Notes under the pieces: model-generated
What the model saw: the letters and a program-made list of their open reading frames with translations, nothing else
The model's database searches: none
What the model was told of the DNA's origin: nothing
NCBI GenBank assembly: GCA_044236265.1
Contig: JBIIGV010000031.1
Coordinates: 1-26,659 of the forward strand
From: Oligoflexales bacterium
GTDB taxonomy: Bacteria; Bdellovibrionota_B; Oligoflexia; Oligoflexales; RGVZ01
Reading direction: 5' to 3'
DNA: 26,659 nt
Position numbers and translations under genes: made by a program
Shown: positions 1 to 9,313 of the stretch, piece after piece
Numbering within the stretch: the stretch's first letter is position 1
Layout of the letters: each line of letters opens with the position of its first letter

Positions 1-30
1 CACCCAATTCCAAACCGAGGCATTTAAGAC

Positions 31-1137
31 CTAAGAAACGCCGGTGAACCATTTTGAATCTCTGTAGACCGGAAGAACAAGTTTATAGAGAGCTTTAAAT
101 ACCGCCGCGCCGGGGATCGCCAAAATAACTCCCCAAAATCCGAATTGCGAACTGGCAGCAATAACCGTGAGAATAACTACCAGAGGATGTAACCCCACGC
201 GTTCTCCAATCAACTTTGGGGTGATAATGGCACCGTCAAGCAACTGGACCGTCCCAATCACACCAACCAGGTAGAAAACCTTTGCAATAGGAAGCTGCTG
301 GGTAAATATATATGTCAAACCAAGAGTGACCCCAACCACCACATCAAGATACGGTATGATCCGACATATTCCTGCCGTAATACCTATCGCAACTCCTGCG
401 GATAAACCGATAGCCGAAAATCCGATCGAGTAAAGACACGACAGCGCTAGTGCCACCTTGATGTGTCCACGAACCACATGAACCAAGGCTTCATCGATGA
501 TAGCAACCAATTTTATTCCATACGGACGCAGATCTCGCGGTGTGATCTTTCTTAATCCCTGTATGAGCCTTGCCTTCTCGGCCATGAAATAGAAAGTCAG
601 AATCGGGATAAGTACAACACTTAACAACGAACCCATGAGGATCGTACCAAAATCGACTACTTGCTGAGCGGCAATCTGCAACTTCCCAATTACCTGGTCG
701 ACCAGGCTAAAACCTTTTAGAGCTCGACTGACAGCCCCGCGATCATCAATCCCGTAATCACTCAGTTTTTCGCGGAAATAGGTTCCCGCATTTTTAGAGA
801 TATTTTCAATAAGAGCCGGAATTTGCTGAACCAAACCTACAAGTTGATCGTAGAGAAAAGGAAAAAGACGAACAACGATCCAAACTAAAAGGCCAAGAAT
901 CAAAATCAGAATCAAAAGGCTTGCTAGTTTGCGATTAATTTTACGACTCTCGATTAGGTTAACGAGAGGATTCAGCAAATAAGCCAAAAAAGCGGAAACA
1001 AAAATAGGGGCAACCAACTTTTCGTAAAACCAGCTAGCGTAGTACCCTGCAACGGCCAATACAGCCAAAAAGATTACGAAGCGCTTGATTGCTTGCCAAT
1101 CGTGCTGGTGGCTTGGAATTTCGGGTTTCTCTGACAT
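31..1137 (-). CDS. AI-2E (PerM/UPF0118) family transporter
   Basis: 368-aa multi-TM protein with the family motifs 'AYLLNPLVNLIE', 'IIPYL' and 'PKLIGERVGLHPLVVILTVIAA..FGFWGVILAIP'. Confidence 0.9.
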   Translation of the reverse strand: MSEKPEIPSHQHDWQAIKRFVIFLAVLAVAGYYASWFYEKLVAPIFVSAFLAYLLNPLVNLIESRKINRKLASLLILILILGLLVWIVVRLFPFLYDQLVGLVQQIPALIENISKNAGTYFREKLSDYGIDDRGAVSRALKGFSLVDQVIGKLQIAAQQVVDFGTILMGSLLSVVLIPILTFYFMAEKARLIQGLRKITPRDLRPYGIKLVAIIDEALVHVVRGHIKVALALSCLYSIGFSAIGLSAGVAIGITAGICRIIPYLDVVVGVTLGLTYIFTQQLPIAKVFYLVGVIGTVQLLDGAIITPKLIGERVGLHPLVVILTVIAASSQFGFWGVILAIPGAAVFKALYKLVLPVYRDSKWFTGVS

Positions 1138-1153
1138 GCTTGATCAGGTCTTT

Positions 1154-2071
1154 TCAAGGCTGAGGTTTTTCGGCGGATACCATACGGTCGTGACCAGCTA
1201 AATCCTTCGATACTTTTATTTTCCCCCAACCTGACTGCTCAAATAAATGAGCAACTTTTGCACCCTGGCCATATCCAATCTCCAGGAAAATTTTTCCTCC
1301 TGGCTTCAATAGAGATTGATAACACGATGCAAAAATCTCATAAAACTCAGTCCCGGACGCGTCTTGAGTAAAAAGCGCGAGCTCTGGCTCGTATTGCAAA
1401 ACCCCGCGACTCATCAGACGAGTCTCCGAACGCGCAATGTAAGGGGGATTCGTCACGATCAAATCAAATGCCGCCTGCGGATTCATCCCTAGCGCTTTAG
1501 CATCACGATTTAAAAATGAAATATTTCGCACCTGACACTGTTCTGCGTTGGCACGAGCAACATCGAGAGCCACGTCAGAAACATCCCATGCTTCGACGTG
1601 TGACTGTGGCAGAGCAGCAGCCAACGAGACCGCAAGACACCCCGATCCGGTGCCCACGTCAAGAATTCGAGGGGCGGGAGCATCTTTCAAAGCAGCTACA
1701 CACGACTCCACCAGCATCTCTGTTTCTGGACGCGGAATGAGAACATCGCGTGTCACCTTGAATCGATGTCTGTAAAAATCTTTATACCCAAGAATATATG
1801 CGATTGGCTCAAAATCAGCGCGCCGTCTCAGTAATAATTTGAACGACTCTCTCTCATCTTTATTTACTGGACGATCCATTTGTAAATACAATTGGACTCG
1901 ATCTAACCCTAAAACAGCCGTCAGCAAAAGCTCAACGTCAAGCCTTGAGGTCAATTTGAGTTCGTCGGCCTTCCCATTTAGATAGTCGACTGACCATGCG
2001 ATTATGCGTCGCACAGTCCACAAATCGGGATGAGTCGAGGGCTGCGAATCTTGATCATTTAAAATGGTCAA
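1154..2071 (-). CDS. prmC: Release factor glutamine methyltransferase PrmC/HemK
   Basis: Motifs 'EPIAYILG', 'VLIPRPETE', SAM-binding 'LDVGTGSG' and catalytic 'NPPY'. The TTG start overlaps the prfA stop. Confidence 0.96.
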   Translation of the reverse strand: MTILNDQDSQPSTHPDLWTVRRIIAWSVDYLNGKADELKLTSRLDVELLLTAVLGLDRVQLYLQMDRPVNKDERESFKLLLRRRADFEPIAYILGYKDFYRHRFKVTRDVLIPRPETEMLVESCVAALKDAPAPRILDVGTGSGCLAVSLAAALPQSHVEAWDVSDVALDVARANAEQCQVRNISFLNRDAKALGMNPQAAFDLIVTNPPYIARSETRLMSRGVLQYEPELALFTQDASGTEFYEIFASCYQSLLKPGGKIFLEIGYGQGAKVAHLFEQSGWGKIKVSKDLAGHDRMVSAEKPQP

Positions 2072-3138
2072 ATGGATTTCTCTAGTTGTTCTTTCAGAAG
2101 CTCCGCCTGATGGTGAGTTCCAAGTTTATCAAGAACATCGTCCAGATCACCATTAATAACTTCAGGAAGATTGTAAACTGTGTAATTAATGCGGTGATCT
2201 GTCATCCGCCCTTGGGGAAAGTTATAGGTACGAATACGCTCGCTGCGGTCACCTGAACCAACAAGACTTTTGCGAGTTGCAGAAATAGCGGCGTCTTGCT
2301 CTGCCTGAGCCTTTTCAAGTATCCGAGCCTTCATGATTTTCAAGGCGCGCTCTTTATTCTTAAGCTGACTGCGCTCATCCTGACACTCCACAACAATCCC
2401 TGTGGGTATATGTACCATGCGAACAGCAGAATCAGACGTGTTAACATGCTGACCACCGGCGCCAGAGGATCGGCAAACCGTGATATCCAGATCTTGAGGC
2501 CTGATATTCACCTCGACTTCATCTGCTTCAGGCAGAATCGCAACGGTGCAGGCTGAGGTATGAATACGTCCTTGTGCCTCGGTCTCAGGGACGCGCTGCA
2601 CCCTGTGGACCCCACTCTCAAACTTCATGCGACTGTAGACGCGTTCTCCTTCAACCATGACAACAACTTCTTTGACTCCACCACGCTCAGCCATTGTGCT
2701 GGAGAGTATTTCCGTACGCCAACCCATCTTTGACGCGTAGCGGGTGTACATACGCAGCAAGTCACCAGCAAACAGCGCTGCCTCCTCGCCCCCAGTTCCA
2801 GCACGAATTTCCAGCATGACGTTTCTCTGGTCATTTGGATCTTTCGGAAGCATCAAAACGGTGAGCTCACGCTCTGCTTTTTCAAGCTTTTCCGTAGTCT
2901 CATCGAGCTCTTCTTTAGCTAAGCTTCGCAATTCTGGGTCGCTGTCATTCAGCATCAACTTTGCTTCATCACGCGCCTTCAATAGAACTTTGTAGGAGCG
3001 AAAGGCCGTGACTACATCTTCAATCATGGCGCGCTCTTTCGAAAGACGCGTTAACTCCCTGGAGTCCAACCCATCCTGCGACAACGCCGCCTCGATCTCC
3101 TCGAAGCGGCGTTCAACTGTATCCAATTTCGTAAACAT
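2068..3138 (-). CDS. prfA: Peptide chain release factor 1
   Basis: GGQ motif 'GAGGQHVN', RF1 PxT motif 'VQRVPETE', and 'GDRSERIRTYNFPQ'. Confidence 0.98.
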   Translation of the reverse strand: MFTKLDTVERRFEEIEAALSQDGLDSRELTRLSKERAMIEDVVTAFRSYKVLLKARDEAKLMLNDSDPELRSLAKEELDETTEKLEKAERELTVLMLPKDPNDQRNVMLEIRAGTGGEEAALFAGDLLRMYTRYASKMGWRTEILSSTMAERGGVKEVVVMVEGERVYSRMKFESGVHRVQRVPETEAQGRIHTSACTVAILPEADEVEVNIRPQDLDITVCRSSGAGGQHVNTSDSAVRMVHIPTGIVVECQDERSQLKNKERALKIMKARILEKAQAEQDAAISATRKSLVGSGDRSERIRTYNFPQGRMTDHRINYTVYNLPEVINGDLDDVLDKLGTHHQAELLKEQLEKSI

Positions 3139-3158
3139 CAGATTTCTTTGAACTCAAA

Positions 3159-4640
3159 TCAACCGTTCATCGATGCGATGAACTCGGCGTTTGTCTTGGT
3201 TTTTTCCATCTTTTCGAGCAAGAACTCCATAGCGTCAACGGTGCTTCGCGGCGCCAGAAGCTTCCTTAAAATCCACATGCGATTCAAAATATCCCGTGGA
3301 AGCAGCAAGTCTTCCTTACGAGTACCCGATTTATTGATGTCGATTGCAGGGAATACGCGTTTTTCAGCAAGCTTGCGGTCCAAGTTAAGTTCCATGTTAC
3401 CGGTTCCCTTGAACTCCTCGAAAATCACCTCGTCCATTCGTGAACCAGTTTCAATCAAGGCCGTAGCAATAATCGTCAGAGAACCGCCATTTTCAATATT
3501 ACGCGCCGCACCGAAGAATCTCTTTGGTTTATCCAGCGCGTTAGAGTCAACACCACCCGACAAGATTTTTCCTGATGGAGGAACAACCGAGTTATAGGCG
3601 CGTGCTAAACGCGTAATGGAGTCCAAAAGAATGACCACGTCGTTACCGTGTTCAACTAGACGCTTGGCTTTTTCAATAACCATCTCTGCCACCTGAACGT
3701 GCCGTTGAGCTGGTTCGTCAAACGTAGAACTGATCACTTCGCCGCGTACGCTTCGCTGCATATCCGTCACTTCTTCAGGACGTTCGTCAATCAGAAGGAC
3801 AATCAAAACGACTTCCGGATGGTTCTTGGCAATCGCAGATGCGATGTTCTGTAGAAGAACAGTCTTACCCGTTCTTGGGGGAGCGACGATGAGAGAGCGC
3901 TGTCCCTTTCCAATAGGAGCAAGCAGGTCGATGATACGCGTCGCAAGATTCTGCGGATCGTATTCCATCTTGAACTTTTCCATTGGGTAAAGCGGAGTCA
4001 AGTTATCGAAGATAATCTTTTCTGCGCTCTGATCTGGAGACGTACCGTTAACTTTCTCAACCTTAAGAAGCGCAAAGTAGCGTTCGCCATCTTTCGGCGG
4101 ACGAATTTGTCCGGAAACCGTGTCACCGGTACGCAGGTTAAAGCGCCTAATCTGGCTTGGAGACACATAGATATCATCCGGTCCCCACAGGTAGTTGTAA
4201 TCAGGTGCACGGAGGAACCCAAAACCATCTGGCAAGGTCTCAAGAACGCCCTCGCCGTAGACGACGCCACCGCGCTCCGACAGATTCTTCAAAATGGCAA
4301 ACATCAACTCGTTTTTACGAAGGTTGCTTGCACCCTCGATTTCAAGCTCACGAGCAATCTTGTTCAAGTCATTGATATGGCGGTCTTTGAGCTGCTTAAG
4401 ATTGATCTCCCCTGCAATGGCGTCTGCAAGTGTTTTAGGCAGAGGACGTGCGCCAGCTGCTGGAGCGGTCGGGGCAGACTTATCAACCGGAGCGGTCTTA
4501 GCCGGAGTAGCTGCAGGCTCAGCAACGGCCACAGCCGCCTCGGATCCAGCCACTTCTTTAGCTCCCGGATTATGGGGCCTAGCGGGTCGAGCAGGTCGCT
4601 TTCTTGGAGTTGAATCGTCGCCGTTGTTGCCTTGAGTCAT
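3159..4640 (-). CDS. rho: Transcription termination factor Rho with a ~75-aa low-complexity N-terminal extension
   Basis: Motifs 'GFGFLR', '[12 protein letters not shown]', Walker A 'APPRTGKT' and '[12 protein letters not shown]'. ATG 4640 is preferred over TTG 4646 because the SD GAGGT lies 9 nt upstream of it. Confidence 0.98.
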   Translation of the reverse strand: MTQGNNGDDSTPRKRPARPARPHNPGAKEVAGSEAAVAVAEPAATPAKTAPVDKSAPTAPAAGARPLPKTLADAIAGEINLKQLKDRHINDLNKIARELEIEGASNLRKNELMFAILKNLSERGGVVYGEGVLETLPDGFGFLRAPDYNYLWGPDDIYVSPSQIRRFNLRTGDTVSGQIRPPKDGERYFALLKVEKVNGTSPDQSAEKIIFDNLTPLYPMEKFKMEYDPQNLATRIIDLLAPIGKGQRSLIVAPPRTGKTVLLQNIASAIAKNHPEVVLIVLLIDERPEEVTDMQRSVRGEVISSTFDEPAQRHVQVAEMVIEKAKRLVEHGNDVVILLDSITRLARAYNSVVPPSGKILSGGVDSNALDKPKRFFGAARNIENGGSLTIIATALIETGSRMDEVIFEEFKGTGNMELNLDRKLAEKRVFPAIDINKSGTRKEDLLLPRDILNRMWILRKLLAPRSTVDAMEFLLEKMEKTKTNAEFIASMNG

Positions 4641-4660
4641 GGGCAATCTACCTCAGTAAA

Positions 4661-4750
4661 GATTGTTATAAAGTTTTCGATGGTGTTTTAAGTGGGAATA
4701 TTAAGTGGGAGATCTTGAAGATACCGTTAGTGAGATATTAGAAATTTTTG
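4661..4750 (-). promoter_or_regulatory. C-rich/G-poor rho leader (putative rut site, Rho autoattenuation)
   Basis: The mRNA strand has 24 C versus 4 G in 90 nt (hand count) and a direct repeat UCCCACUUAA x2. Confidence 0.6.
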
Positions 4751-4782
4751 GGAATCAGTCTCAAAGATTTGAGCGGTGCCAG

Positions 4783-4813
4783 ATTATATAGGTTCGTTTT
4801 CAATATTTCGCAA
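4783..4813 (-). promoter_or_regulatory. Putative sigma70 promoter of rho
   Basis: TTGCGA-N19-TATAAT (or N17-TATATA) on the minus strand. Confidence 0.45.
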
Positions 4814-4915
4814 GAGGTAAATTCTTTAAATTAAGGGTATAATATTAATAAAGGTCAATCCCAACGCCATGGGCAACCAGGCCCCGCCAAGATCGCAACG
4901 GGAAAGGAGTCATGT

Positions 4916-5329
4916 ATGTTTCGCAAATTTACGTTTTTAATGACTTTTTTGGTTCTCTTTGCAGCGTTAACCCCCGCACCCCTTAGGGCTGACTCAGAGC
5001 TCGAGGAGAAGTTTCAGGACATGTTCGTGACAGCCGGCTATTCCGCTGCTGCAGGGGCCGCGATTGGCGCAGCACTGTTGACGTTCCAGGATGCCCCGAT
5101 GAAACAACTTAAATTTATCTCTATTGGCGCATCGGTTGGATTCTTGGGGGGCACGGCCCTCGGCGGCTGGATGGCTATCGCACCAATTTTTGTTGAAGAA
5201 ACTTCTGCCAGTCCAAGTCTGATTGCTCAGTCGAGCCCAACTGGACAGGTCGTTTTGCGACCATGGATTGATCTTCAGAGGAACTCGCTATCAGGTTTAG
5301 AGGCAGGCGCGGTACTGGCGCGATTTTAA
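4916..5329 (+). CDS. Hypothetical exported/membrane protein with glycine-zipper helices
   Basis: SD AAGGAG, a signal-peptide-like N-terminus, and two Gly/Ala-rich hydrophobic segments (AGYSAAAGAAIGAALL; GASVGFLGGTALGGW). Confidence 0.75.
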   Translation: MFRKFTFLMTFLVLFAALTPAPLRADSELEEKFQDMFVTAGYSAAAGAAIGAALLTFQDAPMKQLKFISIGASVGFLGGTALGGWMAIAPIFVEETSASPSLIAQSSPTGQVVLRPWIDLQRNSLSGLEAGAVLARF

Positions 5330-5348
5330 TTTTTTTTGAACACGTACC

Positions 5349-6230
5349 TTGAACTATAAGAAAACTATTCTCATCATTGGTGCAGGCTACCTCGGCCGTC
5401 GGGTAGCTCATTTTGCCACAAATGAGCGATGGAACGTCATTGCCGCGCGAAGAAGCGTTCTACCAGAAACCGACGATCACGGCGTTTCCTGGATCCAATT
5501 GGACGTCACGGATGCGCAGACGCTGAAACATCAATTACAAAATCTTACGCAAAAATATTCGATCACGGCCGCAGTGTATTGTGTCTCTGCGGGACAGCCA
5601 AGCATTCACGCCTACAGGGATGCCTATGAGGTCGGAATTCAGAATGTCATCCAAAATTTGCCAGCAGACATTAAATTAGTGTTCGTATCCAGCACAGGGG
5701 TTTACGCACAAAACGCTGGAGAAGCCGTTGATGAGCTGTCGTTTACAAGTCATGATCTTTTGTCAGAGACCCAAGCTAAACTGCTATCTGGTGAAAAACT
5801 AGTGCAGATGAGACCAAACTCAATCGTAGCACGACTGTCCGGAATCTACGGACCAAACAGGATTCGTATGATTTCTTTAGCTCAAGGTCTTGGGGAAACT
5901 CTTATCGTTCGTGAAAAAGCTTTCACTAACCGAATTCATGTCGACGATGGCGCGCGGGCGATTATCCACTTGATCAATAGCGACATTTCAAACGCGACGT
6001 TTTGTATTACTGATCATGATCCTGCACCCCATCACGAGGTCTTGATTTGGATTCGCAAGGCGATGGCTATTCCAGCAGTTGAGGTGGTTTTTCAAACCGG
6101 CGACCATCAGCGCTGTCATGAGCAGGAGATCCCTGCAACGAATAAACGTATCAGCAACCAAAAACTCCTATCATCTGGTTTTACCTTTCACTTTCCAACA
6201 TTTCGGGAAGGCTACAGTAAACTGCTCTAA
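5349..6230 (+). CDS. NAD-dependent epimerase/dehydratase family (atypical SDR, YeeZ-like)
   Basis: Rossmann 'IIGAGYLG', plus 'FVSSTGVY', 'RLSGIYGP', 'NRIHVDD' and 'FPTFREG'. Confidence 0.88.
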   Translation: MNYKKTILIIGAGYLGRRVAHFATNERWNVIAARRSVLPETDDHGVSWIQLDVTDAQTLKHQLQNLTQKYSITAAVYCVSAGQPSIHAYRDAYEVGIQNVIQNLPADIKLVFVSSTGVYAQNAGEAVDELSFTSHDLLSETQAKLLSGEKLVQMRPNSIVARLSGIYGPNRIRMISLAQGLGETLIVREKAFTNRIHVDDGARAIIHLINSDISNATFCITDHDPAPHHEVLIWIRKAMAIPAVEVVFQTGDHQRCHEQEIPATNKRISNQKLLSSGFTFHFPTFREGYSKLL

Positions 6231-6334
6231 GCCCCTTTGTAACTGTGGATAACTGTTGGTCAGTTTGTACGACCAGCTTATGACCCCCCCACCCGATAAA
6301 CATCTAACACCCTGAAATAACGTATCTTTACTCA

Positions 6335-6350
6335 TGGCATAGAGGTTGCT
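6335..6350 (+). promoter_or_regulatory. sigma54 (-24/-12) promoter of the lipoprotein peptidase
   Basis: TGGCATAGAGGTTGCT has exact GG-N10-GC spacing and lies about 60 nt upstream of the ATG at 6410. Confidence 0.65.
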
Positions 6351-6409
6351 CCATGGCGTCGAGGCCCCTGTCTTGGCTACTATCGCTTTGCATTCATCTG
6401 GAGTTGAAA

Positions 6410-7831
6410 ATGAGCCGTACAATCTACTTTAGCAATATCACTCTAGCACTCACTCTTCTGGCAAGCTGCGGCTTAAAACTCGACAAAAAGAACGACAAAC
6501 AAGACGACATTCGTCCCGAAACAAGTTCTCCGTCGTCAGACATTCGCTGGCTCGCAGCAGAAGACCCAAATTGCATGGCAAGCGGCACGTCGGCTCGAAT
6601 AACGTCAGCAACAATTTATGAATGGGATGGATTCCAAACGTCGCCAAAAGCTGTCCAAATCCCTGGTGCGACTGTGGATGACAAAGAATTCGCAACGCAA
6701 AATATTTTAGCTTCAGCAATAAATTATTCACAGAATTACAAGTGCACATTTAACGAAGCCGGAGAGCGCAAGTGTGTAAACGCCACCAAAGATAACACAT
6801 CCTATAAATGGCTACGTATCTGTCGATCTAATGCTACATATGCACGTGACTCTCTGGAGGCTATGACATTAACTGCGATGTACTTCACTGAATCAGCTTA
6901 TAGGTTTTACAGCTCAATTGCGGGAAACATGCCTGGAATCTCAAAGTCTATCCTGATTAGCCAACCGAAAATCACCCGTGAAATCATTAAAACAAATGGA
7001 GAGGTCAAAAATCGCGTTGATTCCGATAACGCAGCGTTTGCGGAATTGCCAGCCTCCGGAAACTCTCCGAGCTATGGACTATTCATGATTTATCCAACCA
7101 CTCAAGGCTGGTTCACAAGAAATAAGAATAATCTCTGGGAAATTCCATTCGTCATGAATCATGAATTTGGTCATCATGTTTTCAGCCACTATATAAAAGA
7201 ATCAGCTGAATCGACGGGTCTTACGATCAAGGCTAGAAACGGCTTGGACTCAATTATGCCAAACCGTGATAATGAGTTGAAACAACGCATGAGCCTGACA
7301 ACTGATACAGCGCAATTGGCTCTTGACGGCGTGAACGAAGCATTTGCTGATTTATACGCTTACTTTGCGGGTAACAGTGCTCGAGATCAACTTAAAGGGA
7401 TCGAGTGTCTGGCAATTTCAAGAGATCCTGCCAGTGCTGTCACACGAGCAGGACAGCAAAAGGGCCTCGATCAAAGTCGTATTGATATCTACGAAGGTCG
7501 TCGTTCATCGACTTCGGCAAACAACGACTGCTACGAACCGTCTTATGATGATGAGCATGACATCGCCGTCGCTTTGGGTCAGCCTCTTGCAAGATTTATT
7601 GAAACCATGGCCCCGCAAGCTCAAGGAAAAGATCGCGCTCGCTATCTTCTCGTATGGGCATCGCGCATGCAAACCTTGCTCAACCAGGGCCGGTCAAATG
7701 TTACTGTTGATACTCTAGTTCGTGAGTTGATACTGGGAGCAAAGAGCTTCGGAAATTCCAGCTTAGCATGTCGTGAGCTAGCCCCGCGCATTAGTGGGCT
7801 TTCAGCCTCAGTTGCTGCTTGTAATCAGTAA
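6410..7831 (+). CDS. Lipoprotein with a gluzincin (thermolysin M4/M36-like) metallopeptidase domain
   Basis: SD GGAG precedes ATG 6410. It has lipobox LLASC, zinc motif HEFGH (7160-7174), third-ligand motif 'GVNEAFAD' and a downstream 'DEH'. Confidence 0.75.
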   Translation: MSRTIYFSNITLALTLLASCGLKLDKKNDKQDDIRPETSSPSSDIRWLAAEDPNCMASGTSARITSATIYEWDGFQTSPKAVQIPGATVDDKEFATQNILASAINYSQNYKCTFNEAGERKCVNATKDNTSYKWLRICRSNATYARDSLEAMTLTAMYFTESAYRFYSSIAGNMPGISKSILISQPKITREIIKTNGEVKNRVDSDNAAFAELPASGNSPSYGLFMIYPTTQGWFTRNKNNLWEIPFVMNHEFGHHVFSHYIKESAESTGLTIKARNGLDSIMPNRDNELKQRMSLTTDTAQLALDGVNEAFADLYAYFAGNSARDQLKGIECLAISRDPASAVTRAGQQKGLDQSRIDIYEGRRSSTSANNDCYEPSYDDEHDIAVALGQPLARFIETMAPQAQGKDRARYLLVWASRMQTLLNQGRSNVTVDTLVRELILGAKSFGNSSLACRELAPRISGLSASVAACNQ

Positions 7832-7871
7832 AAGTTAAGTTTTAAGCGTCACCAGAAAATCTGGATAGATA

Positions 7872-9224
7872 TTACTGAACAACATGCCCGACGAGATCGT
7901 ACTCGTAGGAGTCGGTAATTTCGACCATCTGAATTTGCCCTGCTTTAACTGGACCGTCGTTTAAGTAGACAAGGCCATCAACCTCTGGGGCTTGAACACT
8001 CATCCGCCCCTGCCAAACAAACTCGCTCTCCTCACTCGGCCCTGCAACCAGCACAGGAATTCGTTTTCCGACGAAGCGGCGTAGCTTTTCCCTGGAAATA
8101 TCTTTTTGGATTTCCATGATCTCAGCCATACGTTCTTGCTTGGTTGATTCGTCAATCTGGTCCGGCATGCGCCCAGCGACCGTTCCCTCTTCCTGACTGT
8201 AAGTGAAACAGCCGAGGTGCTCAAACTTGAGCTCTTTCACCAAGGACTTGAGGTCTTCATACTCTTCTTGTGTTTCTCCAGGAAATCCAACCATGACAGA
8301 TGTTCGAATGGCCACAGTTGGGACCATCGCCCTCAGTTTTTTCACTGTTGCGATAATTTCCTCGCGAGTTACGTCTCGATTCATGCGCTTCAACAAGGAG
8401 TTACTTCCGTGCTGCACTGGAATGTCCAGGTACTTGACGATCTTTTCTTCCTTGGCAAAGAATTCGAGGAATTCATCGCTTATGTTTTCAGGGTACACAT
8501 ATAGCAGGCGAATCCAGCGAAGATCTTCGATTTTCACTAACGCGCGCAGTAACTCGAGAAGGTTCGTGTCGCCGGTTTCCCGACCGTAGGCGGCCAGATC
8601 TTGCGCAATCAGATTAATCTCCTGCACGCCAGAGTCAACCAGCTGCATCACCTCCTTGACCACACTATGGACTGGGCGACTGCGAAGCTTCCCACGAATG
8701 GCCGGAATAATGCAAAACGCACAATTGTGCTGACAACCCTCTGCAACTTTGACGTATGCGCTATGCGCTGCCAGAGTATTCACCCGAGGCATGTCTTCAT
8801 TGTAGAGATAGTTTGTTCGCTTGGCATGAATCGCCCCGGTCGTTGACGTTGGGCTATCAATTAATTCGCCAATTCTTGAAAATTCGTCTGTACCAATAAA
8901 TAGATCAACTTCGGGCAAGCCCTTCGCAAGCTGGGTCTTGTAACGCTGGGTCAAGCACCCCGTAACGATCAGCTTCATCGCAGGATTTGTCTTTTTCAGT
9001 TCCGCCATCGAAAGTATGGTGTCGATACTTTCTTCCTTCGCGGAGGCAATAAATCCGCAGGTGTTTACAACGACCGCATCGGCCCCTTCGGCCTCTTCAA
9101 CCGATCTCCAACCATCACGCAGCAGCGTGCCGACCATGACCTCAGAGTCAACGCGGTTACGCGAACAACCCAACGAGACCAAGTGGACTTTGCGGCTCAG
9201 ATTGCTGAGATTTTCCCCTGACAT
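7872..9224 (-). CDS. rimO: Ribosomal protein S12 methylthiotransferase RimO
   Basis: UPF0004 N-terminus 'SLGCSRNRVDSE...NTCGFI', radical-SAM CxxxCxxC 'CQHNCAFC', 'LLYVYP', and TRAM-end 'QAPEVDG'. Confidence 0.96.
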   Translation of the reverse strand: MSGENLSNLSRKVHLVSLGCSRNRVDSEVMVGTLLRDGWRSVEEAEGADAVVVNTCGFIASAKEESIDTILSMAELKKTNPAMKLIVTGCLTQRYKTQLAKGLPEVDLFIGTDEFSRIGELIDSPTSTTGAIHAKRTNYLYNEDMPRVNTLAAHSAYVKVAEGCQHNCAFCIIPAIRGKLRSRPVHSVVKEVMQLVDSGVQEINLIAQDLAAYGRETGDTNLLELLRALVKIEDLRWIRLLYVYPENISDEFLEFFAKEEKIVKYLDIPVQHGSNSLLKRMNRDVTREEIIATVKKLRAMVPTVAIRTSVMVGFPGETQEEYEDLKSLVKELKFEHLGCFTYSQEEGTVAGRMPDQIDESTKQERMAEIMEIQKDISREKLRRFVGKRIPVLVAGPSEESEFVWQGRMSVQAPEVDGLVYLNDGPVKAGQIQMVEITDSYEYDLVGHVVQ

Positions 9225-9313
9225 GCTATCACCTCGATTAATAGAATCGAGATGCTACCTATCATAGTATTAATTTATTTCAATAATTTTAATAAATCCT
9301 AGGCTTAACTCTT

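Noticed and set aside
3148..4635. Long antisense ORFs over rho (and similar ones over rimO, flgH, flgI and pnp)
   Set aside because: These are shadow ORFs of conserved genes, with no motifs or RBS support.
6273..6299. sigma28-like -10 box (CCCGATAA) with a C7 tract (possible phase variation)
   Set aside because: There is no convincing -35 element, and C7 is short for a slippage tract.
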